A stretch of 64,000 bases of DNA from Escherichia coli (GCF_003334815.1 NZ_QOWO01000020.1); one strand, 5' to 3'; numbered from the stretch's first letter, positions 49,316 through 61,072 are shown. Translations and numbers: made by a program. The notes: generated from the sequence alone by a model not told the origin.

Positions 49316-50158
49316 ATGATGCAGCCAGTGATTAACGCGCCGGAAATTGCCACTGCCCGAGAACAGCAGTTGTTTAATGGCAAAAACTTCCATGTGTTTA
49401 TCTATAACAAAACTGAGAGTATCAGCGGACTGCATCAGCACGACTATTATGAATTTACTCTGGTATTAACCGGGCGTTATTTCCAGGAGATTAACGGTAA
49501 GCGCGTGTTACTGGAACGGGGCGATTTTGTTTTTATTCCGTTAGGTTCGCACCATCAAAGTTTTTATGAGTTTGGTGCCACGCGCATATTGAACGTTGGG
49601 ATCAGTAAACGCTTTTTTGAGCAGCATTACCTGCCATTGTTGCCTTATTGCTTTGTCGCTTCGCAGGTATACCGGACCAATAACGCTTTTCTCACCTATG
49701 TGGAAACAGTGATTTCTTCATTGAATTTCCGCGAAACAGGGCTGGAAGAGTTTGTTGAGATGGTTACTTTTTATGTCATTAACCGTTTACGTCATTACCG
49801 CGAAGAACAGGTGATTGATGATGTACCGCAGTGGCTGAAAAGTACGGTAGAAAAGATGCATGATAAAGAGCAGTTTAGTGAATCGGCGCTGGAGAATATG
49901 GTGGCGTTGTCAGCCAAATTACAGGAATATTTGACGCGAGCGACTCAACGATATTATGGCAAAACGCCAATGCAGATTATTAATGAAATCCGTATTAATT
50001 TTGCCAAAAAACAACTGGAAATGACCAACTATTCAGTGACGGATATTGCGTTTGAGGCCGGTTATAGTAGCCCGAGTTTGTTTATTAAAACGTTTAAGAA
50101 ATTAACGTCCTTTACGCCTAAGAGCTATCGTAAGAAATTGACTGAATTTAATCAGTAA
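49316..50158 (+). CDS. chbR: AraC-family dual regulator of the chb operon (280 aa)
   Basis: ORF track. C-terminal AraC-type HTH. Confidence 0.95.
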   Translation: MMQPVINAPEIATAREQQLFNGKNFHVFIYNKTESISGLHQHDYYEFTLVLTGRYFQEINGKRVLLERGDFVFIPLGSHHQSFYEFGATRILNVGISKRFFEQHYLPLLPYCFVASQVYRTNNAFLTYVETVISSLNFRETGLEEFVEMVTFYVINRLRHYREEQVIDDVPQWLKSTVEKMHDKEQFSESALENMVALSAKLQEYLTRATQRYYGKTPMQIINEIRINFAKKQLEMTNYSVTDIAFEAGYSSPSLFIKTFKKLTSFTPKSYRKKLTEFNQ

Positions 50159-50262
50159 GTCGTTATACCTGACAATTCACATATCTGTCCTGTTGCTGGA
50201 TTATTTATGTCCGGGGGGGCAGATATGCCAGATATCAGTATTCTGTACTGAAGGGAGAAATT

Positions 50263-51615
50263 ATGAGCCAGAAATTAAAAGTCGTCACTATTGGTGGCGG
50301 GAGCAGCTATACCCCGGAGTTACTGGAAGGATTTATTAAGCGTTATCACGAATTGCCGGTCAGCGAATTATGGCTGGTGGATGTCGAAGGTGGTAAAGCG
50401 AAACTGGATATTATTTTCGATCTCTGCCAACGGATGATTGATAACGCTGGCGTCCCGATGAAGCTTTATAAAACGCTGGATCGCCGCGAAGCATTGAAAG
50501 ATGCTGATTTCGTTACTACCCAACTGCGCGTTGGCCAATTACCGGCGCGTGAACTGGATGAACGTATTCCATTAAGTCATGGTTATCTTGGTCAGGAAAC
50601 CAACGGCGCGGGCGGTTTGTTTAAAGGTCTGCGTACCATTCCGGTGATTTTTGACATCGTAAAAGATGTCGAAGAACTTTGTCCGAATGCATGGGTGATT
50701 AACTTCACTAACCCGGCGGGAATGGTCACTGAAGCCGTTTATCGTCATACCGGATTTAAACGCTTTATCGGCGTGTGTAATATTCCGATCGGCATGAAGA
50801 TGTTTATTCGCGATGTTCTGATGCTGAAAGACAGCGATGATTTATCTATCGATTTGTTCGGCCTCAACCATATGGTGTTCATTAAGGATGTGCTGGTAAA
50901 TGGCAAGTCGCGCTTTGCCGAATTGCTTGATGGTGTGGCGTCAGGGCAGTTAAAAGCGTCCTCTGTAAAAAATATTTTCGATCTGCCATTTAGTGAGGGC
51001 TTAATTCGTTCGTTGAATCTGCTGCCATGTTCTTATCTGCTGTATTACTTCAAGCAGAAAGAGATGCTGGCTATTGAAATGGGCGAATACTACAAAGGCG
51101 GCGCACGAGCGCAGGTAGTACAGAAAGTCGAGAAACAACTTTTTGAGCTGTATAAAAATCCTGAGCTGAAAGTTAAGCCGAAAGAACTGGAACAGCGCGG
51201 TGGGGCTTATTACTCTGATGCAGCATGCGAAGTGATCAACGCTATCTACAACGACAAGCAAGCAGAACATTACGTTAATATCCCGCATCATGGGCAGATT
51301 GATAATATTCCGGCAGACTGGGCAGTAGAAATGACCTGTAAGCTGGGGCGCGATGGCGCGACGCCACATCCGCGCATTACGCATTTCGATGATAAAGTAA
51401 TGGGGCTGATTCACACCATTAAAGGCTTCGAGATTGCTGCCAGTAACGCCGCACTTAGCGGAGAATTTAACGATGTGTTACTGGCGCTAAACCTTAGTCC
51501 GTTGGTGCATTCCGATCGCGATGCTGAGCTGCTGGCACGCGAGATGATTCTGGCGCACGAGAAATGGCTGCCAAACTTTGCCGACTGCATCGCAGAGCTT
51601 AAAAAAGCACATTAA
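50263..51615 (+). CDS. chbF: 6-phospho-beta-glucosidase, glycoside hydrolase family 4 (450 aa)
   Basis: ORF track. N-terminal NAD-binding GGGSSYTPE motif typical of GH4. Confidence 0.96.
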   Translation: MSQKLKVVTIGGGSSYTPELLEGFIKRYHELPVSELWLVDVEGGKAKLDIIFDLCQRMIDNAGVPMKLYKTLDRREALKDADFVTTQLRVGQLPARELDERIPLSHGYLGQETNGAGGLFKGLRTIPVIFDIVKDVEELCPNAWVINFTNPAGMVTEAVYRHTGFKRFIGVCNIPIGMKMFIRDVLMLKDSDDLSIDLFGLNHMVFIKDVLVNGKSRFAELLDGVASGQLKASSVKNIFDLPFSEGLIRSLNLLPCSYLLYYFKQKEMLAIEMGEYYKGGARAQVVQKVEKQLFELYKNPELKVKPKELEQRGGAYYSDAACEVINAIYNDKQAEHYVNIPHHGQIDNIPADWAVEMTCKLGRDGATPHPRITHFDDKVMGLIHTIKGFEIAASNAALSGEFNDVLLALNLSPLVHSDRDAELLAREMILAHEKWLPNFADCIAELKKAH

Positions 51616-52377
<762 letters not shown>

Positions 52378-52389
52378 GTGAGGATGTTT

Positions 52390-52420
52390 GCCAGATGCGG
52401 CGTGAACCTTGCATCCGGCG
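52390..52420. repeat. REP element downstream of chbG
   Basis: GCCAGATGCGGCGTGAACCTTGCATCCGGCG palindrome. Confidence 0.7.
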
Positions 52421-52480
52421 ATTAATTCCTACAAAGGCGGCGTAACTGCGCCGCTTGAGACTGCTGACAAACGCAAAACT

Positions 52481-52587
52481 GCCTGATGCGCTTCGCTTAT
52501 CAGGCCTACGTGTTTCCTGCAATATATTGAATTTGCACAGTTTTGTAGGCCGGATAAGGCGTTCACGCCGCATCCGGCATAAACAAA
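52481..52587. repeat. REP - IHF-motif - REP element (RIP/BIME) between chbG and katE
   Basis: GCCTGATGCGCTTCGCTTATCAGGCCTAC, then CCTGCAATATATTGAATTTGCACAG core, then GTAGGCCGGATAAGGCGTTCACGCCGCATCCGGC. Confidence 0.8.
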
Positions 52588-52607
52588 GCGCACTATGTAA
52601 ATCATTT

Positions 52608-52631
52608 GAGGCGGCGCAATTGCGCCGCCTC
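52608..52631 (-). other. GC-rich stem-loop immediately 3' of the katE stop codon (no clear U-tract)
   Basis: GAGGCGGCGC (52608-52617), loop AATT, GCGCCGCCTC (52622-52631). The katE stop is at 52635-52637. Confidence 0.5.
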
Positions 52632-52634
52632 CCA

Positions 52635-54896
52635 TCAGGCAGGAATTTTGTCAATCTTAGGAATGCGTGACCACACGCGGTGTGCTGCCATCAGCGTTAG
52701 CAGTTCATCCATAAAACTACCGTCAGCGCTGTCAGCTTCCACAATCCCTTCTTCACCCTGGTCAGCGACCTTGATTGTTGCTTTAAACTTGCGCGCGTCA
52801 CCCGCCAGCGCAATCGGTTTAAGGTGTTTGTAGGCTTCCATCAGGTAGTAGTTGGCATCGCCGTTGTCAGCGATATCCGCGATATTGCCGCAAGGGACAA
52901 TGACCGCATCGACCGTCAGCGAAGGTGCACCGGCAAAGGTAGCGGCTATAGGCAACACCGTACCGTCATCCGCAGTCACTTCACCCATTCGGGAGTAGAG
53001 CAGTTTGGCATGAACGCCTTTGGCCTTCAGCGCCTTGAGAATGGCCAGAAGGTCTGCCGATCTCACTTCATCATTAAGTAAAATCGCTACCACGCGACCT
53101 TTCACATCACCGTCAGGAATGGCGTACAAACTTAAGGATGGATCCTTTTTCAGACCGTTGACGTCCGGAGGTGGGGTGATATTCAGCTGGTCGTCAGTCA
53201 GTTCGATACCGAGATTTTTCGCCACCGCCTGGGCCAGAGTGAGATCAATATGCGCCAGCTGGTCAACAACGCGCTCACGAATATACGGACGAACGACTTT
53301 GCTTAACTCAAAACTGAAACCATCGACAATATGGCGCTGCTCAAATGGCGTCTGACTTAGCCAGAACAGACGCGGATGGGAATAATATTCGCCAAACGAT
53401 GGGCTGCGCTCGCGAACTTTATTGCCTTCCACGCGCTCCTGGTATGATTCAAAACCGCCGCGTTTCGGCCCCGGCGGTGTTTCGCGCGGCCAGTTATCGT
53501 TAATCGAGTTCGGTTCGTAATTCGCCGGGTTAGTGTCGATCCCCATGCGATGCATGCCGTCACGCTGGAAATTATGGTAAGGGCAGGTCGGACGGTTAAT
53601 CGGAATCTCATGGAAATTCGGCCCACCAAGACGACTGATTTGTGTATCGGTATAGGAGAACAAACGTCCCTGCAACAGCGGATCGTTGGTGAAGTCCAGT
53701 CCCGGCACGATATGCCCAGGATGGAAAGCCGCCTGTTCGTTTTCAGCAAAGAAGTTATCCGGGTTGCGATTGAGCACCATTTTGCCGACACGCTGAACGG
53801 GCACCAGTTCTTCCGGGATAAGTTTGGTTGGATCGAGAAGATCGAAGTCGAACTTGAATTCATCTTCTTCAGGAATCAACTGGAAGCCCAGTTCGTATTC
53901 CGGAAAATCGCCTGCTTCAATGGCTTCCCACAACTCGCGGCGGTGGAAGTCCGGGTCACGTCCGGTGAGTTTTTGTGCTTCATCCCAAACGAGTGAGGCT
54001 TTACCTGCCAGTGGTTTCCAGTGGAAACGTACAAACGTTGCCTTCCCTTCGGCATTAATCAGGCGGAAGGTGTGAATACCGAAGCCTTCCATGGTGCGGT
54101 AACTGCGGGGGATGCCGCGATCCGACATCGCCCACATCACGTTGTGCAGAGTTTCAGGTTGCAGAGAAACATAATCCCAGAAAGTATCGTGGGCACTTTG
54201 CCCTTGTGGAATTGCCCAGTGCGGTTCTGGTTTTACCGCATGAACAAAATCGGGGAATTTATGCGCATCCTGGATAAAGAAGATTGGCGTGTTATTGCCA
54301 ACGAGGTCAAAAATACCCTCTTCGGTATAGAACTTGGTGGCAAAGCCACGGATATCACGCACGGTATCAGCAGAGCCAGCACCACCCTGAACGGTAGAGA
54401 AACGTACAAATACTGGGGTGATTTTGTTCGGATCTGAGAGGAAATCCGCTTTGGTAATATCGCTTAAGCTTTTATATGGCTGGAAATAACCGTGAGCGGC
54501 TGATCCGCGTGCATGAACAATACGTTCCGGAATGCGCTCATGGTCAAAGTGGGTGATTTTCTCGCGCAGAATAAAATCTTCCAGCAGCGTTGGACCACGG
54601 CTACCGGCACGCAGTGAGTTTTGATCGTCGGCGATGCGCACGCCCTGATTAGTGGTCAGCGCATAATTTTCACTGCCTTTGCGTACGTCTTCCAGAGAAT
54701 TAAGTTTTTCGTTACGCGTATCAGGGGCTTTCAGGCTCCCTGGGGCGGTAGGTTGTGCACCTGGCGGTGTTGGTTCAGCCGCTGGACGATGAGAGCCGTC
54801 CTCAGGTGCCAGTGAGTCCATCCCCGGTTTCGCTTCGCTGGAATCGTGTAGTGGTGACTGGTGCTGATGTGGGTTCTTTTCGTTATGTTGCGACAT
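52635..54896 (-). CDS. katE: catalase HPII (753 aa)
   Basis: ORF track. Large-subunit catalase sequence. Confidence 0.97.
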   Translation of the reverse strand: MSQHNEKNPHQHQSPLHDSSEAKPGMDSLAPEDGSHRPAAEPTPPGAQPTAPGSLKAPDTRNEKLNSLEDVRKGSENYALTTNQGVRIADDQNSLRAGSRGPTLLEDFILREKITHFDHERIPERIVHARGSAAHGYFQPYKSLSDITKADFLSDPNKITPVFVRFSTVQGGAGSADTVRDIRGFATKFYTEEGIFDLVGNNTPIFFIQDAHKFPDFVHAVKPEPHWAIPQGQSAHDTFWDYVSLQPETLHNVMWAMSDRGIPRSYRTMEGFGIHTFRLINAEGKATFVRFHWKPLAGKASLVWDEAQKLTGRDPDFHRRELWEAIEAGDFPEYELGFQLIPEEDEFKFDFDLLDPTKLIPEELVPVQRVGKMVLNRNPDNFFAENEQAAFHPGHIVPGLDFTNDPLLQGRLFSYTDTQISRLGGPNFHEIPINRPTCPYHNFQRDGMHRMGIDTNPANYEPNSINDNWPRETPPGPKRGGFESYQERVEGNKVRERSPSFGEYYSHPRLFWLSQTPFEQRHIVDGFSFELSKVVRPYIRERVVDQLAHIDLTLAQAVAKNLGIELTDDQLNITPPPDVNGLKKDPSLSLYAIPDGDVKGRVVAILLNDEVRSADLLAILKALKAKGVHAKLLYSRMGEVTADDGTVLPIAATFAGAPSLTVDAVIVPCGNIADIADNGDANYYLMEAYKHLKPIALAGDARKFKATIKVADQGEEGIVEADSADGSFMDELLTLMAAHRVWSRIPKIDKIPA

Positions 54897-55099
54897 TGAA
54901 CTCGTCTCCTTAATTTATTACTGAAAGGGCCGCTGTTTTGGTCAAAAAACTCTCTAACTATAGACCACCAGCCAGATCCCGCTTCGGAGACTATTCTGGA
55001 AACGGTGTTATGAAATACACGCAAAGCGGGACGTACAGGGGCTAAATCGGCTAAACTACAGTTTTTCTGATTTTTAATATGCGTTTAGTGAAGCCAGTA

Positions 55100-55342
55100 A
55101 TGAAGAAACCGCTCCGCCAGCAAAACCGCCAGATTATTAGCTATGTCCCACGCACGGAACCCGCGCCGCCAGAACATGCGATAAAGATGGATTCGTTTCG
55201 TGATGTCTGGATGCTGCGTGGCAAATATGTTGCGTTTGTACTGATGGGAGAGTCATTTCTGCGCTCACCGGCGTTTACTGTGCCTGAATCTGCCCAACGT
55301 TGGGCAAATCAGATCCGCCAGGAAGGGGAAGTGACTGAGTAA
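55100..55342 (+). CDS. cedA: cell division modulator CedA (80 aa)
   Basis: ORF track 55079..55342 trimmed to the internal ATG at 55100 (MKKPLRQQNRQ...). The longer 87-aa form from 55079 is possible. Confidence 0.82.
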   Translation: MKKPLRQQNRQIISYVPRTEPAPPEHAIKMDSFRDVWMLRGKYVAFVLMGESFLRSPAFTVPESAQRWANQIRQEGEVTE

Positions 55343-55630
55343 GGATTACATACCTCCCGGTTTTGCCGGGAGTTACATGACCTGAAATTCTGTATTTCGT
55401 TGCTACATTCATTCAAACCACCTGTAACAAAAAGCTGCCTTTGACGATCTATTGCTATAAATAAGTGATCTTTTTTCTTTAATTGTTTATTTATTTTAAA
55501 ATGGTTAAGTTTTGCTAATCATGATGAGCTATTTTTGATAGTTCATCCTGTGGCGTCGCTCTTAAACTTATATTGTAAATGACTTAGATTTAAATGAGAT
55601 AATAATTTTGTTAACAATATGAGGCGGGAG

Positions 55631-56434
55631 ATGTTTTCTACAAACTTAATACAGAGTAATTATGGTGATTTAAATATTAAAAGCCTGGCTTTCGACTCTT
55701 TTAAAGAAAGGCTGCAGTCTACTATGACAGCACTCACTTTCTTTATATCAACGGGTCAATGTGACTGCGATGAAATAGCAGAATCAAACTTTAATTATAT
55801 GATTGCCTATATGTCTAACATTAACTATGATGCCTCAAAGCCAGGAGCGCCAGCACTTAGTTTTGATACATATCTGCAGGACAATGTTAAATATAGAGTA
55901 ATAATTAATAATCTTTATGGTAGTGAAATTCGGATAAGAGGTATAAATAAAGATTTTATTGGAATGGATGTCACTTCTGTATTTCGCCCAGAAAAAATGA
56001 CCAATTTGATCAGTATAAAAAACAGGTTGGTTATTCACTATTTAAGGACTATATACTATGAACAAAATTATATACATCCTGTCGGGAGCATTTTTGCTGC
56101 GATTCAAAAAAATGAGAGTCTCCTAAAGTTTCCTTCGATAATATCAATGCTTAATATCAATCTTCTTTTTAATCCACTAAATCTTCCGGGAATGGGAAGT
56201 GGTGTGCTTGAAGATATTATGAGTATTCCAGATAGTTCACTTAGAAAACGTCTCGGGTATGAGGTTTTAAGCTTCTCGCTACAGGCACATTCATTGAGCC
56301 AGGAATGTATTGATAAGTTGGACATTTTTTTCGCTGACGATCTGTTTAAATATGAGTCAGTATGCATCGCCGCGATGGAACATTTAAAAAGTAAGGCAAC
56401 GGCCCCTATACAAAACGGACCGTTGCCAGCATAA
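55631..56434 (+). CDS. ydjO: uncharacterized protein YdjO (267 aa)
   Basis: ORF track 55619..56434 trimmed to ATG 55631 (MFSTNLIQSNYG...). Very AT-rich gene with an AT-rich upstream region. Confidence 0.82.
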   Translation: MFSTNLIQSNYGDLNIKSLAFDSFKERLQSTMTALTFFISTGQCDCDEIAESNFNYMIAYMSNINYDASKPGAPALSFDTYLQDNVKYRVIINNLYGSEIRIRGINKDFIGMDVTSVFRPEKMTNLISIKNRLVIHYLRTIYYEQNYIHPVGSIFAAIQKNESLLKFPSIISMLNINLLFNPLNLPGMGSGVLEDIMSIPDSSLRKRLGYEVLSFSLQAHSLSQECIDKLDIFFADDLFKYESVCIAAMEHLKSKATAPIQNGPLPA

Positions 56435-56437
56435 GAA

Positions 56438-57829
56438 TTAATGGTGTGCCAGTTCGGCGTCGTCTTCGCTATCCAGAATGGCTTTATCGGTTTGCTTCAG
56501 CCACTGGCTGGTCAGCGTGCCAGCTGTCATCGAGCCACTAACGTTTAACGCCGTACGGCCCATGTCGATAAGCGGTTCAACGGAGATTAACAGCGCCACC
56601 AGGGTTACTGGCAGGCCCATCGCAGGCAGTACAATCAGTGCGGCGAAAGTTGCACCACCACCGACACCGGCAACGCCTGCGGAACTAACGGTAACAATAC
56701 CGACCAGCGTCGCAATCCACATCGGGTCCAGCGGGTTAATGCCAACCGTAGGCGCAACCATCACCGCCAGCATTGCCGGATACAAACCGGCGCAGCCGTT
56801 CTGACCAATGGTTGCACCGAAAGAGGCGGCGAAACTGGCGATGGATTCAGGAACGCTCAGACGACGCGTTTGTGCTTCCACATTCAGTGGGATAGACGCA
56901 GCACTGGAACGGCTGGTAAAGGCAAACGTCAGCACAGGCCATACCTTACGGAAGTACTTCAGCGGACTCACGCCATTAATGCCCAGCAGAATGCCATGCA
57001 CTGCAAACATAATCAGCAGACCGAGGTAGGACGCGACAACGAAACTTCCCAGTTTGATGATGTCTTGCAAGTTAGAACCTGCAACCACTTTGGTCATTAG
57101 AGCCAGAACGCCGTAAGGGGTCAACTGCATGACCAGGCGAACCAGTTTCATCACCCAGCTTTGTAGGGTATCGATAGCGGCTAAGACGCGTTCACCTTTC
57201 GGCGCATCATCCTTCAGCAGTTTCAATGCAGCTACGCCGAGGAATGCGGCAAAAATTACCACGCTGATAATTGACGTCGGATTGGCTCCGGTAAGATCGG
57301 CAAACGGGTTTTTCGGGATAAAGGACAAGACCAGCTGCGGAACGCTCAGATCAGAGACTTTACCAACATAGTTACTTTCAATGGCGTTCAGACGTGCAGT
57401 TTCTGCACCACCCTGAACCAGACCTTCAGCCGTCAAACCAAACAGGTTGGTGACCAGCACACCGACCAGCGCCGCAATCAGCGTGGTAAACAAAAGCGTA
57501 CCGATGGTCAGAAAACTGATTTTGCCTAACTGAGATGCGTTATGCAGACGGGCAACCGCGCTCAGAATAGAGGCGAAGACTAACGGCATAACGATCATTT
57601 GCAGCAGTTGAACATAGCCGTTACCAACGATGTTAAACCACTGTACAGAATCTTTAAGTACCTGGCTGTCAGAACCATAAATGGTATGCAGGGCAAGGCC
57701 AAAAACCACACCCATCACCAGACCCACCAGCACTTTTTTCGCCAGACTCCACTGTTTATGGCGGGTCTGAGCCAGCGCAAACAGCAGTACAACGAACACC
57801 ACGATGTTCGCAATTAATGGAAAGTTCAT
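56438..57829 (-). CDS. tcyP: L-cystine transporter, dicarboxylate/amino acid:cation symporter family (463 aa)
   Basis: ORF track. Multi-pass membrane protein. Formerly ydjN. Confidence 0.93.
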   Translation of the reverse strand: MNFPLIANIVVFVVLLFALAQTRHKQWSLAKKVLVGLVMGVVFGLALHTIYGSDSQVLKDSVQWFNIVGNGYVQLLQMIVMPLVFASILSAVARLHNASQLGKISFLTIGTLLFTTLIAALVGVLVTNLFGLTAEGLVQGGAETARLNAIESNYVGKVSDLSVPQLVLSFIPKNPFADLTGANPTSIISVVIFAAFLGVAALKLLKDDAPKGERVLAAIDTLQSWVMKLVRLVMQLTPYGVLALMTKVVAGSNLQDIIKLGSFVVASYLGLLIMFAVHGILLGINGVSPLKYFRKVWPVLTFAFTSRSSAASIPLNVEAQTRRLSVPESIASFAASFGATIGQNGCAGLYPAMLAVMVAPTVGINPLDPMWIATLVGIVTVSSAGVAGVGGGATFAALIVLPAMGLPVTLVALLISVEPLIDMGRTALNVSGSMTAGTLTSQWLKQTDKAILDSEDDAELAHH

Positions 57830-57961
57830 CCCCGTTCTCCTGATCTTATTATTTCTATCACTGCGTAGCAGTCATAGTGTTGGCGCAAGATTAACAGAAC
57901 TGTGAGCTGGCTCTTATATTCAAATGGAATTGCTTATTCCAGAAAGGTGATTTTTGCCTTT

Positions 57962-58552
57962 TTAGTATTCAACCTGATGCTTAATAAGCCGATGAAACTG
58001 GATCTGCAAGGTATTGATCATTTGCGATGACCAACGAACAGCGCTGTTCTCGGGTAATGAATGGGGCATCCATACCGACCAGACAAATAATGCCATGCAG
58101 ATAAAACGTTCCAGTTGGTTGCCCTTTTGGGGAACCAGGATAGGCAAGCGGAAACGCCAGCGGCATGGCCAGAGCAGGGGAACACCGGCGGGTGTCAGCA
58201 TATCGGCAAGTATGTGGCTCAAATAACCCAGCACCATTCCTTGTAGCGCATCAGCCGGAATGAACCAGCCTTCCGGAACCTTAAGGTAAAAGGTTGCCAG
58301 CAGCGCAAATACCGCCAGCAGACTGTGGGTAAAACCACGATGCCCAAAAGCGCGGGCGATCGGTTTTGATATCCATTTTAATCGCTGCCCAAGAAACGAC
58401 TTTGGGTGATCGATGTCCGGTAACAAACACGTCAGGATTGCGGAAGGGACAATATGCCACCAGTCACCCTGTGCCAGCACGGGCGTCAGCTCGGCATTTT
58501 TGGCAAATACCGCACAAGCAATAGAAAAGAGAAGGTGACCTTCCGCCGTCAT
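57962..58552 (-). CDS. ydjM: SOS-regulated inner membrane protein YdjM (196 aa)
   Basis: ORF track 57962..58564 trimmed to ATG 58552 (MTAEGHLLFSIA...). Two LexA boxes lie immediately upstream. Confidence 0.88.
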   Translation of the reverse strand: MTAEGHLLFSIACAVFAKNAELTPVLAQGDWWHIVPSAILTCLLPDIDHPKSFLGQRLKWISKPIARAFGHRGFTHSLLAVFALLATFYLKVPEGWFIPADALQGMVLGYLSHILADMLTPAGVPLLWPCRWRFRLPILVPQKGNQLERFICMALFVWSVWMPHSLPENSAVRWSSQMINTLQIQFHRLIKHQVEY

Positions 58553-58566
58553 GATAAAACTCACTA

Positions 58567-58604
58567 AACTGTCGATACGTACAGTATAGGATTTTTATAC
58601 AGTG
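58567..58604 (-). promoter_or_regulatory. tandem LexA (SOS) boxes overlapping the ydjM promoter
   Basis: Minus strand reads CACTGTATAAAAATCCTATA then TACTGTACGTATCGACAGTT. The second is a perfect CTGT-N8-ACAG. Lies 15-50 bp upstream of the ydjM ATG. Confidence 0.8.
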
Positions 58605-58671
58605 CACGGAAGTGGTGACGGTGTAACTCTTTCTCTTAAATTGACGATTAATCCGTCAGTTGAATGCAATT

Positions 58672-58710
58672 TCAGATAAAGAACCAGGGGCAGCGAGATC
58701 ACTGCCCCTG
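58672..58710 (-). terminator. intrinsic terminator downstream of hxpB (yniC)
   Basis: Stem CCAGGGGCAG (58683-58692) / CTGCCCCTGG (58701-58710). On the minus strand this is followed by TTCTTTATCTG. Confidence 0.7.
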
Positions 58711-58714
58711 GTCA

Positions 58715-59383
58715 TTAACCGAGAAGGTCTTTTGCGGTGAGTTCTGTCAGCGATGAGAGTTTGACGTCTGCTAATACAAAACGTGGATCATTTTGCGCTT
58801 CTGGCGCAGGAACGACGATGGAACGCATGCGGGCTGCTTTAGAGGCGATCATGCCATTTACCGAATCTTCCAGCGCTACGCAGGTCAGAGGGTCAACGCC
58901 CAGTTTTGCTGCGCAGTCGAGATATACTTGCGGATGCGGCTTGCTGTAAGGCAGTTTTTCGGCCGAGGCGAGGGCATCGAAACTGTCGCGTAAGTCAAAC
59001 ATGGTCAACACTTTTTCCAGCATATGTAGTGGTGACGCGGAGGCCAGTCCCACCAATAAACCTTGTTCTTTGCATAACGCAACGGCTTCGCGCACGCCTG
59101 GTAATAATGGACGTGTCTCTTCAACCAGTGAAATGGCACGGGCAATAACCCGTTCTACTACTTCCTGACGGCTTGGCCCATTCCACGGTTGCCGGGCGTA
59201 CCAAAGATCGACCACCATATCGATGCGTAAACCTAAGGTGTCCGGCAGCTCGTTACGACGGGAGATATCCACCCCCAGGCTTGCCATCACATCCAGTTCG
59301 GCTCGATCCCATAAAGGTTCTGAGTCGATAAGTAATCCATCCATATCAAAAATTGCAGCAAGAATCTGACGCGGGGTTGACAT
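58715..59383 (-). CDS. hxpB: HAD-family sugar phosphatase (hexitol phosphatase B / 2-deoxyglucose-6-phosphatase, 222 aa)
   Basis: ORF track. HAD motif I DMDGLLIDSE near the N-terminus. Formerly yniC. Confidence 0.93.
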   Translation of the reverse strand: MSTPRQILAAIFDMDGLLIDSEPLWDRAELDVMASLGVDISRRNELPDTLGLRIDMVVDLWYARQPWNGPSRQEVVERVIARAISLVEETRPLLPGVREAVALCKEQGLLVGLASASPLHMLEKVLTMFDLRDSFDALASAEKLPYSKPHPQVYLDCAAKLGVDPLTCVALEDSVNGMIASKAARMRSIVVPAPEAQNDPRFVLADVKLSSLTELTAKDLLG

Positions 59384-59529
59384 TACAACCTCTCCTTTAG
59401 AGCATTATGTGTAAGGTATTAAGCCGTGCTTATGATTAAGCGCCTATCATATCGCCTTTAAAGAATGGGCGAAAACAGATATCTACAGGTAAACTAAGTG
59501 AAACGACGCGTCTTAATCAAGGAGAACTC

Positions 59530-60066
59530 ATGACGTATCAACAAGCTGGACGCATTGCTGTTTTGAAAAGGATTTTGGGTTGGGTGATTTTTATACCTGC
59601 ATTGATCTCTACATTGATTTCTTTGCTGAAATTTATGAATACCCGGCAGGAAAACAAGGAAGGCATTAATGCGGTCATGCTCGACTTTACTCATGTCATG
59701 ATCGATATGATGCAGGCGAATACGCCTTTTTTGAATCTATTCTGGTATAACTCCCCGACGCCCAATTTTAATGGTGGCGTGAACGTTATGTTCTGGGTGA
59801 TTTTCATCCTGATTTTTGTCGGACTGGCGTTGCAGGATTCCGGTGCCCGGATGAGTCGCCAGGCGCGCTTCTTGCGGGAAGGTGTTGAAGATCAACTCAT
59901 TCTGGAAAAAGCCAAAGGGGAAGAGGGGCTAACGCGTGAACAAATTGAGTCCCGTATTGTTGTTCCGCACCATACTATTTTCCTGCAGTTTTTCTCACTG
60001 TATATCCTGCCGGTTATTTGTATTGCTGCAGGTTATGTGTTCTTTTCTCTGCTTGGGTTTATTTAA
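59530..60066 (+). CDS. yniB: inner membrane protein YniB (178 aa)
   Basis: ORF track. GGAG Shine-Dalgarno. Hydrophobic segments. Confidence 0.88.
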   Translation: MTYQQAGRIAVLKRILGWVIFIPALISTLISLLKFMNTRQENKEGINAVMLDFTHVMIDMMQANTPFLNLFWYNSPTPNFNGGVNVMFWVIFILIFVGLALQDSGARMSRQARFLREGVEDQLILEKAKGEEGLTREQIESRIVVPHHTIFLQFFSLYILPVICIAAGYVFFSLLGFI

Positions 60067-60106
60067 TCAAAAGGCCGCACGGAGCGGCCATTATCCTCAA
60101 CCCATA

Positions 60107-60967
60107 TCATGCTGCTAATAATCTATCCAATGACTGCTGAGCAATAACCAAATGCTGACCGCCAAATAACCTTGCACGATTTAACAGCGTGTAGAGTTGG
60201 TAAACCGGTTGACGTTCAAGGAAATCGGCAGGTAGCGGGGATACTGACTGATAGCCGTCATAGATTTGTGGCGGCTGTTCAGTATGCAGCGGTAACATCG
60301 CCAGGTCGCACTCTCGGTCACCCCAGTAGCAGGCCGGGTCGAAAATGTACGGGCCATCCGGACCCAGTGCACAGTTGCCGGACCATAAATCGCCGTGCAA
60401 CAGAGAAGGCTGCGGTTGATGTGAGGCCAGACGCTGCTGAATATGCTCGACGATGGCGTCGATATTGCCGAAAGCGATCCCTTTTTCTGCAGCCAGTTCC
60501 AACTGCCAGCCAATCCGTTGTTCAGCAAAAAACGTTGACCAGCGACGTTGCCAGGTGTTGGGCTGTGGAGTTGTGGAGAGCGCGTTATCGAAATCAAGGC
60601 CAAATTGTGGTTGGTCGCTCCATTGATGTAAACGCGCAATTTGCTGACCAAGAATAAATGCGCTATGCGCATCCAGCGGACGAGGTGGGAGATAATCCAT
60701 CACCAGAAAACTGTAGTCACGGTCAGCGCCAACTGCCCAAACCTTAGGCACGGTGACGGTTTTACTACGCGACAGTAACTCCAGTTGGTCGGCTTCGGCG
60801 GTAAAACCGGGAAGCAGTTCCCTTTCATCACATTTGACGAAAAAATCATGTCCTGCATAGCGCAAATGCCATGCGGCATGGACTTCTCCGCCAGGCAGTT
60901 CATTACGCAGTTCGATTTCGCCTTCACCTAACTGCTCGCTCAAAAGACGACTGATTGCCTGCCACAT
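60107..60967 (-). CDS. yniA: fructosamine kinase family protein YniA (286 aa)
   Basis: ORF track. Kinase-like motifs (HGDLWSGN). Confidence 0.9.
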   Translation of the reverse strand: MWQAISRLLSEQLGEGEIELRNELPGGEVHAAWHLRYAGHDFFVKCDERELLPGFTAEADQLELLSRSKTVTVPKVWAVGADRDYSFLVMDYLPPRPLDAHSAFILGQQIARLHQWSDQPQFGLDFDNALSTTPQPNTWQRRWSTFFAEQRIGWQLELAAEKGIAFGNIDAIVEHIQQRLASHQPQPSLLHGDLWSGNCALGPDGPYIFDPACYWGDRECDLAMLPLHTEQPPQIYDGYQSVSPLPADFLERQPVYQLYTLLNRARLFGGQHLVIAQQSLDRLLAA

Positions 60968-61072
60968 GATGTCTCTCCCATGTTGTCTGCCAGATCATAA
61001 GGTTAGCGCAAGAATGCGGTGTAAAAACACGAGCTAACGCACACCACAGACTGATTATTGCCCAAAAACCAT

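Noticed and set aside
53357-53863. 168-aa alternative-frame ORF within katE (same strand), plus several plus-strand ORFs across katE
   Set aside because: Internal alternative frames of a 753-aa catalase gene with unambiguous identity. No evidence of programmed frameshifting.
55631-56434. ydjO considered as a possible toxin or anti-phage single-gene defence module
   Set aside because: No partner gene (antitoxin, methylase, ATPase or nuclease) adjacent, and no recognisable nuclease, NTPase or TIR-like motif in the translation. AT-richness alone indicates foreign origin, not function.
60172-60672. Paired 161-aa and 163-aa ORFs on both strands within yniA
   Set aside because: Overlapping shadow frames of yniA. 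Only the 286-aa minus-strand frame has kinase-like motifs.
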